A DNA stretch of 64,000 bases from Octopus sinensis (taxonomy: Eukaryota): NCBI RefSeq assembly GCF_006345805.1, contig NC_042999.1, positions 49,228,001 through 49,292,000 on the forward strand, written 5' to 3'. This document shows positions 12,745-26,320 of the stretch, piece by piece. The first letter of the stretch is position 1; every line of letters begins with the position of its first letter. Under the pieces are notes generated by a model. It was not told where the DNA came from, ran no database searches, and saw only the letters and a list, made by a program, of their open reading frames with translations. Both the position numbers and the translations under genes were made by a program.

Positions 12745-13247
12745 CATGGAAAATGCGAGCATGAAAAGTAAAAGTCTTAAGATTATAAACCTGGAAAAGT
12801 ACAGGGCAAGTTATTACACCTGTAAAAGTATAGGACATGCTATTACTTCTAGTAAAGAATAAGAAACTTTTTTTTTAATATTGCAGCTAAAAATAAAATT
12901 TTAGCATTAAAACTTATTTTATTATAGTTTAGAAATAACACTATACTTATTTAAGTAGAATTTGGCTAATTTACTACCTTAAATACAGAAAAAATTGAGT
13001 AATTAGACAAACTTACAAATTAGCTGAACAGTTTGTACAATAAATTTAATAGATGAGAACTGTAAAGAGTGATAAATTAGAAGAACTGGCATTCTTTCCT
13101 GCAATATTTTAAGTTAAAAGTTTCTTATTCTTTACTTTACTAGAAGTAATAGCTTGTCCTATACTTTTCCAGGTGAAATAACTTGCCCTGTATTTTTCCA
13201 GGTTTATAATCTTTAAAATATTACTTTTCATGCTCGCATTTTCCATG
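12745..13247. mobile_element. Foldback-type MITE with inverted arms of about 145 bp and a putative TA target duplication
   Basis: 12741-12886 is the reverse complement of 13099-13251, with a few substitutions and small indels. TA|CATGG...CCATG|TA ends. Each arm has two 29-bp subrepeats. The spacer is AT-rich, about 212 bp and non-coding. Confidence 0.8.
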
Positions 13248-13570
13248 TAATAGCAAATAAGACGCAAGCTATCTCTTTAACCCGGAATAAATTGTAGATT
13301 ACCCTTATTGGTTAAATTTCGAAATCACGTGATAGAATCTAATCAAATTACTTCATTCTTTTATCTCGCTGGAGAAAGAATTTGATTCTTACCGCTCGCA
13401 TTCCCTTGAACATCTCATGAGATTGGTGATAATGTGAGGCTATTCAAGTTATATATTTTCTAGCAATTGCAGATGCTATTTTCTCCTTCATTTATATATT
13501 CTACTGTTTTGGTTATCAATTGCTATAGCCACCTATATTGTAATGTAGACATACTTATATGTATGTATAT

Positions 13571-13622
<52 letters not shown>

Positions 13623-14283
13623 TATACACACACATATATACATTTATGCATACACACACACACACACACCAAACACACGTATACAATCATATGTGTCTAA
13701 ATATGTATATGTATACATATAAATTGCCGTATTTCACTATGTGTACATTTATTGTGATTCAATTCTGTGACTCACGCACATACAAAATATGAAGCAAGAA
13801 AATATTTATCTTTTAAATATAAAGCCCTTATGTAAATGGAAATAATACTAAGTAATATTGGAATATTAAAAGATTCCAGCAATGCATTCTACATGTCAAA
13901 AGGAAATAAAAACGTAAAATAAATAATACACATACGTCATAGTGGGAAACTGCGAGAGCTGTCACGCAAATCAATCCATAAATATTTATTCACAAGCGAT
14001 ATTTTCCAAAAAAGATTAAATTTAGAATTACCGTAAGATTAACTAATGCGTATTGAAATAGATGAGAACATTCTTTTACTACACAAGAATGTCTTTATTT
14101 GGAAGACTGTATTTGTAGGTTATTAATGAAATTTTGCTTATATATATACACATATATATATATTGATGAAAATGGTTAGACAACAAAAGAGATGGCGGCG
14201 TGGAATTCCACCTCCGCATCCGAAACTCAGATTTTTATCATGGCTACCGAATAATTGTCACATATTACATTTACATATATATT

Positions 14284-14324
<41 letters not shown>

Positions 14325-14860
14325 TATATATATTATATATATATATTATATATATATATACATAGATGCACAAACATACAGACATATTTAATAACTGTAT
14401 AACAGTTTGAACCGGCTTCATGCAACTTTGTGATTCGTAGACAAAATGGATCTAGCTATTCCTGTGCCCGAAGTGCTAGGTTCGTTTTATGAGCTCACGA
14501 AGTCGAATTAAACTGTTATTGATTGATGTGTGTAATTCCTACCAAATGTGTTGGATACAACAATCTTATACACACATACATACATACACACACACACTCA
14601 GAATGGGATTGATATATTATTATATATATTCAATATTTCCTCTATTCAATAAGACAATCAATACTTCATTTCATTTTACTACTATATATACTATTTATAC
14701 TATATATTCTATATTCTACATTAATATTATAAAGAATATAAATAATATATAAAAAAACAGACTGTTGGAATTCCTTTGAATAATATATATGTGTATATAC
14801 ACACACACACACACGCACACACACACACATATATATATATAAATATAAATATATATATAT

Positions 14861-15079
14861 TCTTTTTACCTCTTTTCTTTGTTTCAGTCATTTGACTGTG
14901 GCCATGCTGGAGCACCGCTTTTAGTCGAGCAAATCGATCCCAGGACTTATTCTTTGTAAGCCTAGTACTTATTCTATCGGCCTATTTTGCCGAACCTCTA
15001 AGTTACGGGGACGTAAACACACCACCATCGGTTGTCAAGCGATGTTGGGGGATAAACACAAACACATAAACACACACAC

Positions 15080-15128
<49 letters not shown>

Positions 15129-15303
15129 TATACATACATATATACGACGGGCTTCTTTCAGTTTCCGTCTACCAATTCCACTCACAAGACTTTGGTCGGC
15201 CCGAGACTATATTAGAAGACACTTGGCCAAGGTGCCACGCAGTGGGAATGAACCCGGAACCATGTGGTTGTTGAGCAAGTTACTTACCACACAGACTGCG
15301 CCT
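14861..15303 (-). mobile_element. SINE-B
   Basis: Same body, head and tail as 7501-7904, with an internal (CA)/(TA) tract at about 15060-15142. Confidence 0.9.
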
Positions 15304-16228
15304 ACTATATATATACAAATATAAATAACAACTTAACAATTCATTCTCGATATATTCTTGCCGATTCGGCCGTCAATATCTATGTTTTTTTCTTAACGGA
15401 GTACATCCCTCCCTTTTTCGATGTCTGTTTATAACACGTATTTCACCGATACAACAGGATCTTCTAATACGAAGTTCCTTCGAGCTCAGTACGTGGGGAC
15501 CCAGTCGAAGTTACCCAACCGCCTCTTGTTAATAGAAGTCAGCAAAATGTTATTTACTGATGTGTGTTGATGTCCATCAAACAAGTTATAATTCATGAGG
15601 TGCACGAAGAACGACGAGGTTCGAAATAATAATGTACCTAATCATTCTCAATACGTTCTGTCAGATTCGAACTTTTATATCTAATAGCTTTTATTTCTTG
15701 TCATCTGAGAAGATTTCCTTTTAGACAATGTTTATTCATAACATAGGCGATTCATCGGTGTAAGAGAACTTTTGAGACACTACGGTATTTCAATCTCGCT
15801 TTGTGTCTTTTCAGAGAATGCTACCCGACCTGATCTATGAAAGTAGCGAGAATACAGGTTCTTGTTTATAGGTGGGGTGTATATACTTCGAAGTCCACAG
15901 TTTAAAAAAATTAAGTCATAACGCTCGAAGTTTATGAGGTAGTATTGGCATGAAAACGATAAGTTAGTATATTTACTACTGAAAATATCAAACCTGAAAT
16001 AACTACTGCGCTTAAGTTATATAATTTTGATGGACGCAAGTGGCAACACTTCCGTTAGGTTCTGTTCTACATACAATGAAGAACCGATGAAACTGAAATC
16101 TAATAGCAGACATTAAAATATAATTTTACAATGCCATTGCAGCAAATATATGGTGGTGATAACTGAAAAATAAAGTCTAATTAGTTACTATTCTTTATTT
16201 CATACATACATTCTTATATATATTATAT

Positions 16229-16266
<38 letters not shown>

Positions 16267-16272
16267 ATATAT

Positions 16273-16314
<42 letters not shown>

Positions 16315-17410
16315 CATATATACGACGGGCTTCTTCAGTTTCCGTCTACCAATTCCACTCACAAGACTTTGGTCGGCCCGAGACTATATTAGAAGACACT
16401 TGGCCAAGGTGCCACGCAGTGGGAATGAACCCGGAACCATGTGGTTGTTGAGCAAGTTACTTACCACACAGACTGCGCCTACTATATATATACAAATATA
16501 AATAACAACTTAACAATTCATTCTCGATATATTCTTGCCGATTCGGCCGTCAATATCTATGTTTTTTTCTTAACGGAGTACATCCCTCCCTTTTTCGATG
16601 TCTGTTTATAACACGTATTTCACCGATACAACAGGATCTTCTAATACGAAGTTCCTTCGAGCTCAGTACGTGGGGACCCAGTCGAAGTTACCCAACCGCC
16701 TCTTGTTAATAGAAGTCAGCAAAATGTTATTTACTGATGTGTGTTGATGTCCATCAAACAAGTTATAATTCATGAGGTGCACGAAGAACGACGAGGTTCG
16801 AAATAATAATGTACCTAATCATTCTCAATACGTTCTGTCAGATTCGAACTTTTATATCTAATAGCTTTTATTTCTTGTCATCTGAGAAGATTTCCTTTTA
16901 GACAATGTTATTCATAACATAGGCGATTCATCGGTGTAAGAGAACTTTTGAGACACTACGGTATTTCAATCTCGCTTTGTGTCTTTTCAGAGAATGCTAC
17001 CCGACCTGATCTATGAAAGTAGCGAGAATACAGGTTCTTGTTTATAGGTGGGGTGTATATACTTCGAAGTCCACAGTTTAAAAAAATTAAGTCATAACGC
17101 TCGAAGTTTATGAGGTAGTATTGGCATGAAAACGATAAGTTAGTATATTTACTACTGAAAATATCAAACCTGAAATAACTACTGCGCTTAAGTTATATAA
17201 TTTTGATGGACGCAAGTGGCAACACTTCCGTTAGGTTCTGTTCTACATACAATGAAGAACCGATGAAACTGAAATCTAATAGCAGACATTAAAATATAAT
17301 TTTACAATGCCATTGCAGCAAATATATGGTGGTGATAACTGAAAAATAAAGTCTAATTAGTTACTATTCTTTATTTCATACATACATTCTTATATATATT
17401 ATATCTTTAT
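15143..17410. repeat. Near-identical tandem duplication, period 1178 bp
   Basis: 15143-16235 recurs at 16321-17410. Spot checks found only a 1-nt T indel (ttctttcag vs ttcttcag). Both breakpoints lie in (TA)n tracts. Confidence 0.92.
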
Positions 17411-17423
17411 ATATATATTATAT

Positions 17424-17497
<74 letters not shown>

Positions 17498-17536
17498 TAC
17501 ATAACTGCACATACTTCCACATACATACACTCTCTC

Positions 17537-17590
<54 letters not shown>

Positions 17591-19199
17591 AATACATATA
17601 CATATATATAAATTCATACATGCTTACATACATATGTATGTGTCTCAATGCAAGCTTAATATTATTGCTCGATTTTATTTACGAAATAAAATCATATCCC
17701 TTTAATATTGTGTGTATTTTTTTAGTTCATGTAATCTATTTGCTTCCGTAGTTTTCTAAATAACTAATTATTATTTAATTATTTATTTTTACCATAGTCA
17801 TACGTTCAATTATATGTAAAATTAAGAGAGTTCAGGTGAGTAAAATTAAAAACACTACAACAGATCACTTAATGTTAATTAGCATTGATTACTGATTTGC
17901 TTACACTGCTATTATATTAAAATTTGTTGCTGACTTTTTTTTTAGTTTGATATTTTCTCATTTTCAATTTTGTCGTCCATACGTATTCGAAAATGTTCTC
18001 CATCATTTACTATACGTTCTTTTTTTTCTTTTTTATTCCGTCTGCTCAGAAATTGTAAGAACTTGAATAAATCAGGATAATTACTGGGTTTACAAAATTA
18101 ATAACTGTTATTATCAAAAGTAGTCACGTCAAATAGTAATTAATTGGCTATTAAATTATTTTTCTTCATTGCTACGATATTTATAAAGAAATACTGTTAC
18201 GAAATCTTAACAATCAATAATATTTATCAGACTACCAACTTTTATATTTGGACGATTTTACATTTTATTTTAATGCAAATTGTGATGTCCTCAAAACACA
18301 AAACTAAACTAGACAAACTAGACAAACTAGACAAACGATCTATGAACCAAGGGACAAAATAATTTCAAGTTAATTTATAGAACAAAATATATATTTCAGT
18401 ACTGCATGTTTACTATTAGATTCACATACTCTGCCGATGCTGCGTCACAGCACACAATAGTTTACTTACTTATTATCAAATGCAATATTTGCACAGTGGC
18501 TATTTTATCGAACTGAGCGATGAAAAAAATTTAACGGTCTCATTTGGAGCAACGGGTTAAAATAATAAATGAAAATGACATAAATAATCAGAAATATATT
18601 TCATCAACACAATCCATCATTTAGCTAATGAACACATTGCAAAAGAAAATAAAACGCCCATTGTCAATTCATGATATTATATGACTGGTACATACTTTAT
18701 CGGATATTTCTGTTTTTGTATATACTTGATTTTTTTGCCTCTGGTGGTGAAATTGCTATTAAAGAGGAGAGACTATTTTCTCGAGTCTCGTATTTGTTTT
18801 TCCCGAGAATTGCCGCTGACATTTCATGCATTTTATATGATCGATATTTCAATTTAATTTGGATTTATTTCTTAAACAAGATATCGAAAAATAGGTATAT
18901 GTTCCATCGTATTACATTGCAATTAAGTTGCGTTTTTTTTTATCATATAATAGAGTACCAGTATATATCTAGTGCATTGTTATTGGCTTGATACAAGATG
19001 AAAAAACTCTATTATAAGTAAAATATATGCAATAGAAAACTGGATCGATCGATGAAATGAAGAATAATACCATTCATTATTTATAACACATTCCACTGTA
19101 GATATAAGCATTATCGTATGAGTCGTATAATATCGGGGGAAATTCACAGGGGAATCATGCTTCTCTTTTCTTACTATAACATACAAAGTGAACATGCCT

Positions 19200-19271
19200 G
19201 CATTATATATATATATATATATATAATATATATATATATGTGCATGCATTATATATATATACATACATACG

Positions 19272-19317
<46 letters not shown>

Positions 19318-19446
19318 GCATGCATTATATATATATACATACATACACACACACACACACACCACACACACACACATTATATATATATATATATAATATA
19401 TATATATATTATATATATAAATGTATATATATAATGCATGCATTAT

Positions 19447-19486
<40 letters not shown>

Positions 19487-19855
19487 TATATATATTATAT
19501 ATATATGTATATATATAATGCATGCATATATATAATATATAATATATATATAATATATATATATATAATATATATATATAATATATATTATATATATATT
19601 ATATGTATATATATATATTGTATGTATGTATATATATATATAGATATATATATATAATATATATATATATATATAATATTATATATATATATTATATATA
19701 TATATATTGTATGTATATATATATTGTATGTATATATATATATATATATAATATATATTATATTATATATATATATATATATTATATATATATATATTAT
19801 ATATATATATTATATATATATATATATATTGCAATTATATATATATATATATATG
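19200..19855. repeat. Very long interrupted (TA)n/(CA)n microsatellite field
   Basis: Direct reading of the sequence. Confidence 0.95.
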
Positions 19856-21063
19856 AGTGTGTATGTATACGTACAAACACACATATTTCATATACATTCA
19901 TACAATTTTATGTGTGTGCGTGTGTGTATTCGTGTGTGTGTAAAAAATGAGGGAGTGGGTCGATACTTGAATCGTTGAACAGATCAAACGATATACCTGG
20001 GGAAAACTTGAGTAATATTGAATAAAGTATCAGACGCAAACAAATTATGATGACGTTACAGAAGATCCGAATCATGACTTGATTATCGTGTAAAACCGTT
20101 GATCGTAGGTGGTAACGCTATAAAAGCGCGAGCTTTATTTCATCTTTAGCCAGACGTCTTTGAATATATAAATCCACATTTGTTGTTTTGTCATTATTGA
20201 AGATAGAAGAAGTCGGAAGAAAAATATGGAAACAAACAAACATTAGTACACTAGATAAAATGGTTGAAATTGAATTAACATCGTTGCTTTTTTTTCTTCT
20301 ATTTCCCAGTTTGTTATCTTTCCAATGCGAGTTAGACTTCATAAGATGATGATTCTGAGAATATGAATAATTGAATGAGCAGAGCGATACTATCCTCTAA
20401 ATTATTCGTGTATAATATGTAAGAAAGAAGCGAGAACAAATGAAGAGAAAGATCATGGACAAAGATAGCGAATTTCTGTTCATAAATGTATCAGTAATCG
20501 GACGCCAGAAGAATATGACAAACTTCTGTGAAAATGTGCTTCTTACTACAAGAGTATTTTTGGCATTCTATTTTATATTCATGTGCATTACTGGTGCACT
20601 TTCAACACTAAAGCTTTGAAGATGTATATTCTTTTCGAATTTCTAATTCTCGTAGGATTTTAATAAAAGATATTTGTATCTTTTAGTGATGTTTCGGTTG
20701 TTTGCTTAATTAAAATTATGTGTATTTCTATTTGTTTATTATAACTTTATCTCCTGTGGTGGTGCATTTGAATGAGCTGCTGCTTGTTCCAATAACTGAC
20801 TTGTGTATTTTAAACTACCTATATAATGCTATAAATTTAACCCCATACAAAAATAATCATTATTTACACCCAAAGGAGAAATTAAAATAGACATATAAAC
20901 TCACATTGACTTTAGAATGCAATTCAATAATATTAGTTGAATAACACAAAAGGTATTTTCAAATATAGGCAAACTTTCTACGGTTTCAAAAGACAATTTA
21001 CTTGAAAATATACCTGCATTGACAGTAAGTCCTGTAATATCAGAGATTCACATATTCTTTTAG

Positions 21064-21230
21064 GGGAGATATGTGGCTTTGTGGCTAAGGTGTTGGATTC
21101 ATGAGCGTAAGATTATAGTTCTTCAGCGTTGTGTTCTTGAGCGAAACATTTCATGTTGCTCCAGTCCACCCAACTGACAAAAGTGAGTGATCCTACCATA
21201 GACCGGTAATCCAACCAGGAGGGAGTATAT
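21064..21230 (+). mobile_element. Degenerate tRNA-headed SINE with the conserved core gtgttcttgagc..gttgctccagtccacccaactg
   Basis: The core matches 51230-51300, and a weaker relative lies at about 2020-2140. Confidence 0.6.
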
Positions 21231-22693
21231 ACGGATGAGAATCAGGGAAACTGCCCTATTAGTCTACAAGACTGGGGAAGTAGATTTACCAATCTTACAC
21301 ATCTCTTTTAAATTAAGAGTTAAGTCTAATGTTACTAAAAAGTTCTAGTCTCTTTCGAACAGACATATCCATACTACAGTTATCTCCAATACTAAAGCAA
21401 ATTAATTAATAGGACCTATCTAAAATTTTGTCGCAGCTGTATGTAAAATGTGGAAAACTATTTAACATACGCGCAAACGAAAACATCTGAGACACACTGA
21501 ACATAGAGGAATATGAAATCACGTTCGCTCAGTCTGTTGTATAATCCAGAAGCGAGAATTATGATAGACGTGTTTTATGGAGCGTAGCAAAAGAATGTCA
21601 AACTACTATTTTTTTTTAGATGTTTGGGTTGTGTTTCTGCTAGAAAAGCAGGAACACTACAAAATATGGGCAACGTTTAAAAAAGTCTTTTCTGATACTC
21701 TAAAATTCTGTTATTAAATATCAGAGAAGGCTTCATTAAAAGGTGAACATATTGTCACATGTTCCTTCTTGGTCTGCGGAAATAATGACCTTTAATAGGC
21801 TAGAATTTAACCAGACATTTACTCGATACTTTTCACACGCCCCAATAACACAGGCGTTGACTTTCCACAGCAGTCATATAAAATGCTTATATAAGGCTCC
21901 AAGATTATATTTAGATAGACCGTCGCAAATCCCCATCCTGTGTGCAAACACATTTTCTCAACAAATCCGGAACACGTAAATAAATTTAACTTTTAAACTC
22001 CTGGATGATACATTATTTTAATAAATATTTTGCATGTTTAAAAATTCTGTTGGACATATATACACTCAAAATAACTTGAATTGCTCGTTTATCACACTCA
22101 CACATACCACATAAATTCTTGTGTGTAGCCGTTTTGAATTTCCATGACGATTACCGAAGCTGCACAGATTTGGTCTTTATACTTATACAACTGCGGCCTC
22201 AGCAAAGAAATTAATCAGAAACGATATTTCTGAAATAGATTGTAAATAGTTTACACACACACAGATATATGCACGCTCACACACATATACATACACACTC
22301 ATATAAATACATACACAAAACACACACACACGCGCACACACATACATACACACACATATATATATATATATAGCAACTCAGCTTTCCGGTAGAACCTATA
22401 TGCAGGCGTAAGAAATTGTATAACTCATGAACTTCACTGTTTCGTGCTTTCTGGAGACCCACGCGATTAAAGTAGCTGTAAAGGTTACTCTAAAACATTA
22501 AATTAATAACTTAATTACTGTTCAGATAAAGAAAAACTAAGAAGCAAAACAGAAATTGCAAAAAAAAAGCAAAAAATAGAAATCGGGATAAAATAGCAAC
22601 GCTGGTGTATTTTTTACCCTTTGTGTACTTTTTAACATATGATCTCAACTCATCAAACCCGATAACACTACTACAACCTCTACACCACTACAC

Positions 22694-22965
<272 letters not shown>

Positions 22966-23682
22966 GGTTTTTGTTGTTACTGCTGCCGCTGTTAAGCAAG
23001 CCGTGCAACTTTTAAATTTTAGAGACGCTTGTTTCTACAAAGAGAAGATGAGAAAAAGATCACCGGAAGGAACCAGAGATAACTTTAATGAAAATGGCAA
23101 CAGCGGCGTTTAAGAAGTGACTAATAAAAGAAACCAAACAGATAGGGGGGGTAGAGATCAGTGATATTGTACAAGATTTCTGACAGTGATAAATAGCTGT
23201 AAATGTATAAACAGAGTGTTTGTTTATTATTTTGCCAAATGAAAGGGCAGTGCAGATTGCTAGAGTTAGTAAGGCAGCAGAAAAATTCCTGATGGTTTTA
23301 ATTACATAGATTTGCATTCTCAGTTCAAATCCTTATGACATTTTTGTTGCGGGTATAGACAAAATATGAAGGAGATTCGTATATTGGTTTTTAACTAATC
23401 GACAATTTCTGATCTCAACTCAAATAAAAATCATCGCTCCAGTACTCAGCTAGCACATATTTTATTGAGTCTACACAGATGAAATGCAAAGTCGACCTGC
23501 ATGGAATATGAATTCAGAAGGTGAAACCAGAAGGAATGCCAGTAAGCATTTTATCCGGCGTGCAAGCAATTCTGATAGTTGGCGCCTTTATGATATATTC
23601 ATATTGAAACCACAAACAGAAATCCACAGTCTGTGCATTAGAGTAACTCTGAATTCGTTAATCATCTAAAGATATAACTTCA

Positions 23683-23915
23683 TATTTCTTTATTTCCCAC
23701 AAGGGGCCAAACAAACAGGGGACAAACAAGGACAGACAAATGGATTAAGTCGATTCCATCGACCCCAGTACGTAACTGGTACTTAATTTATCGACCCCGA
23801 AAGGATGAAAGGCAAAGTCGACCTCGCCGGAATTTGAACTCAGAACGTAAAGACGGACGAAATACGGCCAAGCATTTCGCCCGGCGTGCTAACGTTTCTG
23901 CCAGCTCGCCGCCTT
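23683..23915 (-). mobile_element. SINE-A, full length, with TSD
   Basis: Full head and tail are present. The direct repeat AGATATAACTTCATA is at 23670-23684 and 23916-23930. Older SINE-A fragments lie at about 23455-23590, 24040-24200, 25430-25560, 28470-28590 and 28640-28790. Confidence 0.92.
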
Positions 23916-25670
23916 AGATATAACTTCATATAACTTCATATTGTCCCAATTATCTTATAACCTCGGATAACGATGCATTATTTGTATAGGAACATAATAG
24001 GCAAGTAAATATCTAAATACACTACGTACCAATATGGTCGAGCAAATCAATCCAGTACTTAACTGTACTTTATTTTATCCGTCCTCCATAGATGAAAGGC
24101 AAATTTGATCTTGGTGAGATTTGAAGTATGAGCTTACAGAGCCGAAACAAATACCGTAAAGCATTTTTACCGATGCTTTAAAGAATGTGCCACTTTGCTA
24201 CAATAGTCTCATCTCGAATTAATGCTTTGTGTCCATTGTTAAGTATGAACGCCTCATGATCCGATTTGATATTTTTGTAAACATTTTGTTCGTATTTTGC
24301 ACAATGTAACGACGGTCCATAGATACAATTGAAAATGCATTACACAGAGGCGTAGTTAGATGTGTAGGTCTTCAAACACACATAAACACACACACATACA
24401 CACACAAACACAAACACACACACACATACACACACACTCGCTCACTCATACATTCACATACCCACACATACGGATGTACATAAAAACAGGATATGAAGCA
24501 TGAAACTGTATTAAGGCTTGTTAAAAAATTTATACAAAATCTATTAATGCTAAAACACCTACAAAATATGATACCCCGCAATTCAGTTTCTTTGTTCCCC
24601 GAATACCGCAGTCTCCTACTCGAAAATGCTTGCTTGGGCGTATTTTGTATTGAGGAAAGCCAGAAGACACCTACGCCTAATGGACACCTGAAATTGCTTA
24701 TAAGCAATTAGTCTGTTTATGCGCCAGTGTAGTGTGTATACATGTGTGTTTGTTGATTCGTTCAGACCAGTTTGTATAAAATTGTATGTCCGTGTGTACG
24801 TGTGGATTGCTTGTTTCTGTGTACTTATAAGCTAGTCGGCTAATATATCCGTCTGAACGAAATTTAATATTAATTATATTAGCTTTGAAATAATAATAAA
24901 AATTGCTACCATAATTTCCTTCCTAATATAACTAACTAACCAGGAAATTATATAAATGTCTTTGCTGAAATCACTTAATGATTATTTCCAATGTAGCAAC
25001 AGAAGGAATATTAAAATACATTTCCCTCTCTAACTATAAATAAATCAATCGGAAGGTGAGAGTTGTAATTCGGAGGCTACGTGCCATCAGACTAGACTAG
25101 CTTGATGAGCAGTCTGTATATTTATAAGTTCGTGCTCGTATACTTTGTGTTATTCTGTTTCTGTTTTACTTTCTTTTTACTTTTGTATCTTCAACGTAGA
25201 CTAATAGTAACAGCAAACAAATAGTAAAATAAATAATTTAAAACCTATTTAATGATAAATGGTTTCTGTTTAGCCTCCAGACCAACAATTTTAATATATG
25301 GGACAGTAGTCGATATAACTGAACCCCAGTATTTCTAGATACTTTATTTTATCGACCCCCAAAATATGAAACGCAATGGCCGAACCCAATACAACATGAA
25401 TTTATTATTATTATTGTTATTAACTGTTACAAAAAGGGCAAAATGCTACGCAGCATTCCGACCAGAGTTACGCTCTGAGTTCAAATTCCATCGACGTAGT
25501 CTTTGCCTTTCATCCTTTTGGAGTCGATAAAATAAGTACTAATTGACCAACTCACCTCCATCCGGAAACTTGTGGCCTTATACCAAAAATTGAAACTATT
25601 GTTCTGGGGGTCACTGCTTGGAATAGAACACGGAATCTTGAGGTTAGTAGCCCTCACATTTAACCACTAT

Positions 25671-25739
25671 GTCATATGCGTAGTGGTTAAGAGCGCAGGC
25701 TACTAACCCCAAGATTCCGAGTTCGATTCTAGGCAGTGA

Positions 25740-25828
<89 letters not shown>

Positions 25829-26010
25829 TTAACAACAACAACATCGAAAAATACCTTAGGAATGAGAACCCAGGTTCAAAATTTCCGCAAGACACCTGAT
25901 GAAGACTGGAGGGTATATCAGCCGAAACGTTGTGTTAACAACAAACAAGATGAGGACAAATATTCGTCAAATGTAAATAATGTACATAATTCCTCATCTC
26001 TTAAATATAG
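25671..26010 (+). mobile_element. tRNA-headed SINE-like element with (AAT)n linker and hammerhead-bearing tail
   Basis: The head GTCATATGCGTAGTGGTTAAGAGCGCAGGCTACTAACCCCAAGATTCCGAGTTCGATTCTAGGCAGTGAC has an A-box-like motif, the B-box GAGTTCGATTC and paired ends. There is no TTTT within the element. The tail is homologous to 4370-4521 and 4153-4258. An inverted copy of the head lies at 25609-25669. Confidence 0.85.
25891..25936 (+). ncRNA. Minimal type I hammerhead ribozyme motif
   Basis: GACAC-CTGATGA-A-GACTG(loop)CAGCC-GAAA-CG-TT-GTGTT. Confidence 0.75.
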
Positions 26011-26036
26011 TACTGTATTGTGCCTAGAGGAGAAAA

Positions 26037-26108
<72 letters not shown>

Positions 26109-26120
26109 AATAATAATAAT

Positions 26121-26320
26121 AAGGCGGTGAGCTGGCAGAATCGTTAGCACGCTGGACGAAATGCTTATCGTCGTTCACCCGTCACTACATTCTGAGTTCA
26201 AATTCCGCCGAGGTCGACTTTGCCTTTTATCCTCTCGGGGTCGATAAATTACGTTTGGGTCAATGTAATCGACTTGTTCCCTTCTCTCAAATTTTAGGAC
26301 TTGTGCTTATAGTAGAAATA
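26121..26320 (+). mobile_element. SINE-A variant
   Basis: aaggcggtgagctggcagaatcgttagcacgc...gttcaaattccgccgaggtcgactttgcc. Confidence 0.85.

Noticed and set aside
20050-20349. TGACGTTA plus TATAAAAG followed by a signal-peptide-like ORF (MVEIELTSLLFFLLFPSLLS..)
   Set aside because: The hydrophobic stretch is simply a polypyrimidine tract ending in CAG, the ORF is only 29 codons with an upstream ATG, and TATA-like strings are common at this AT content.
25671-25741. tRNA gene call for this and other SINE heads (32510-32580, 50753-50830, 51410-51480)
   Set aside because: The cloverleaves are imperfect and each head continues into a repeated SINE body. They are retroposon heads, not tRNA genes.
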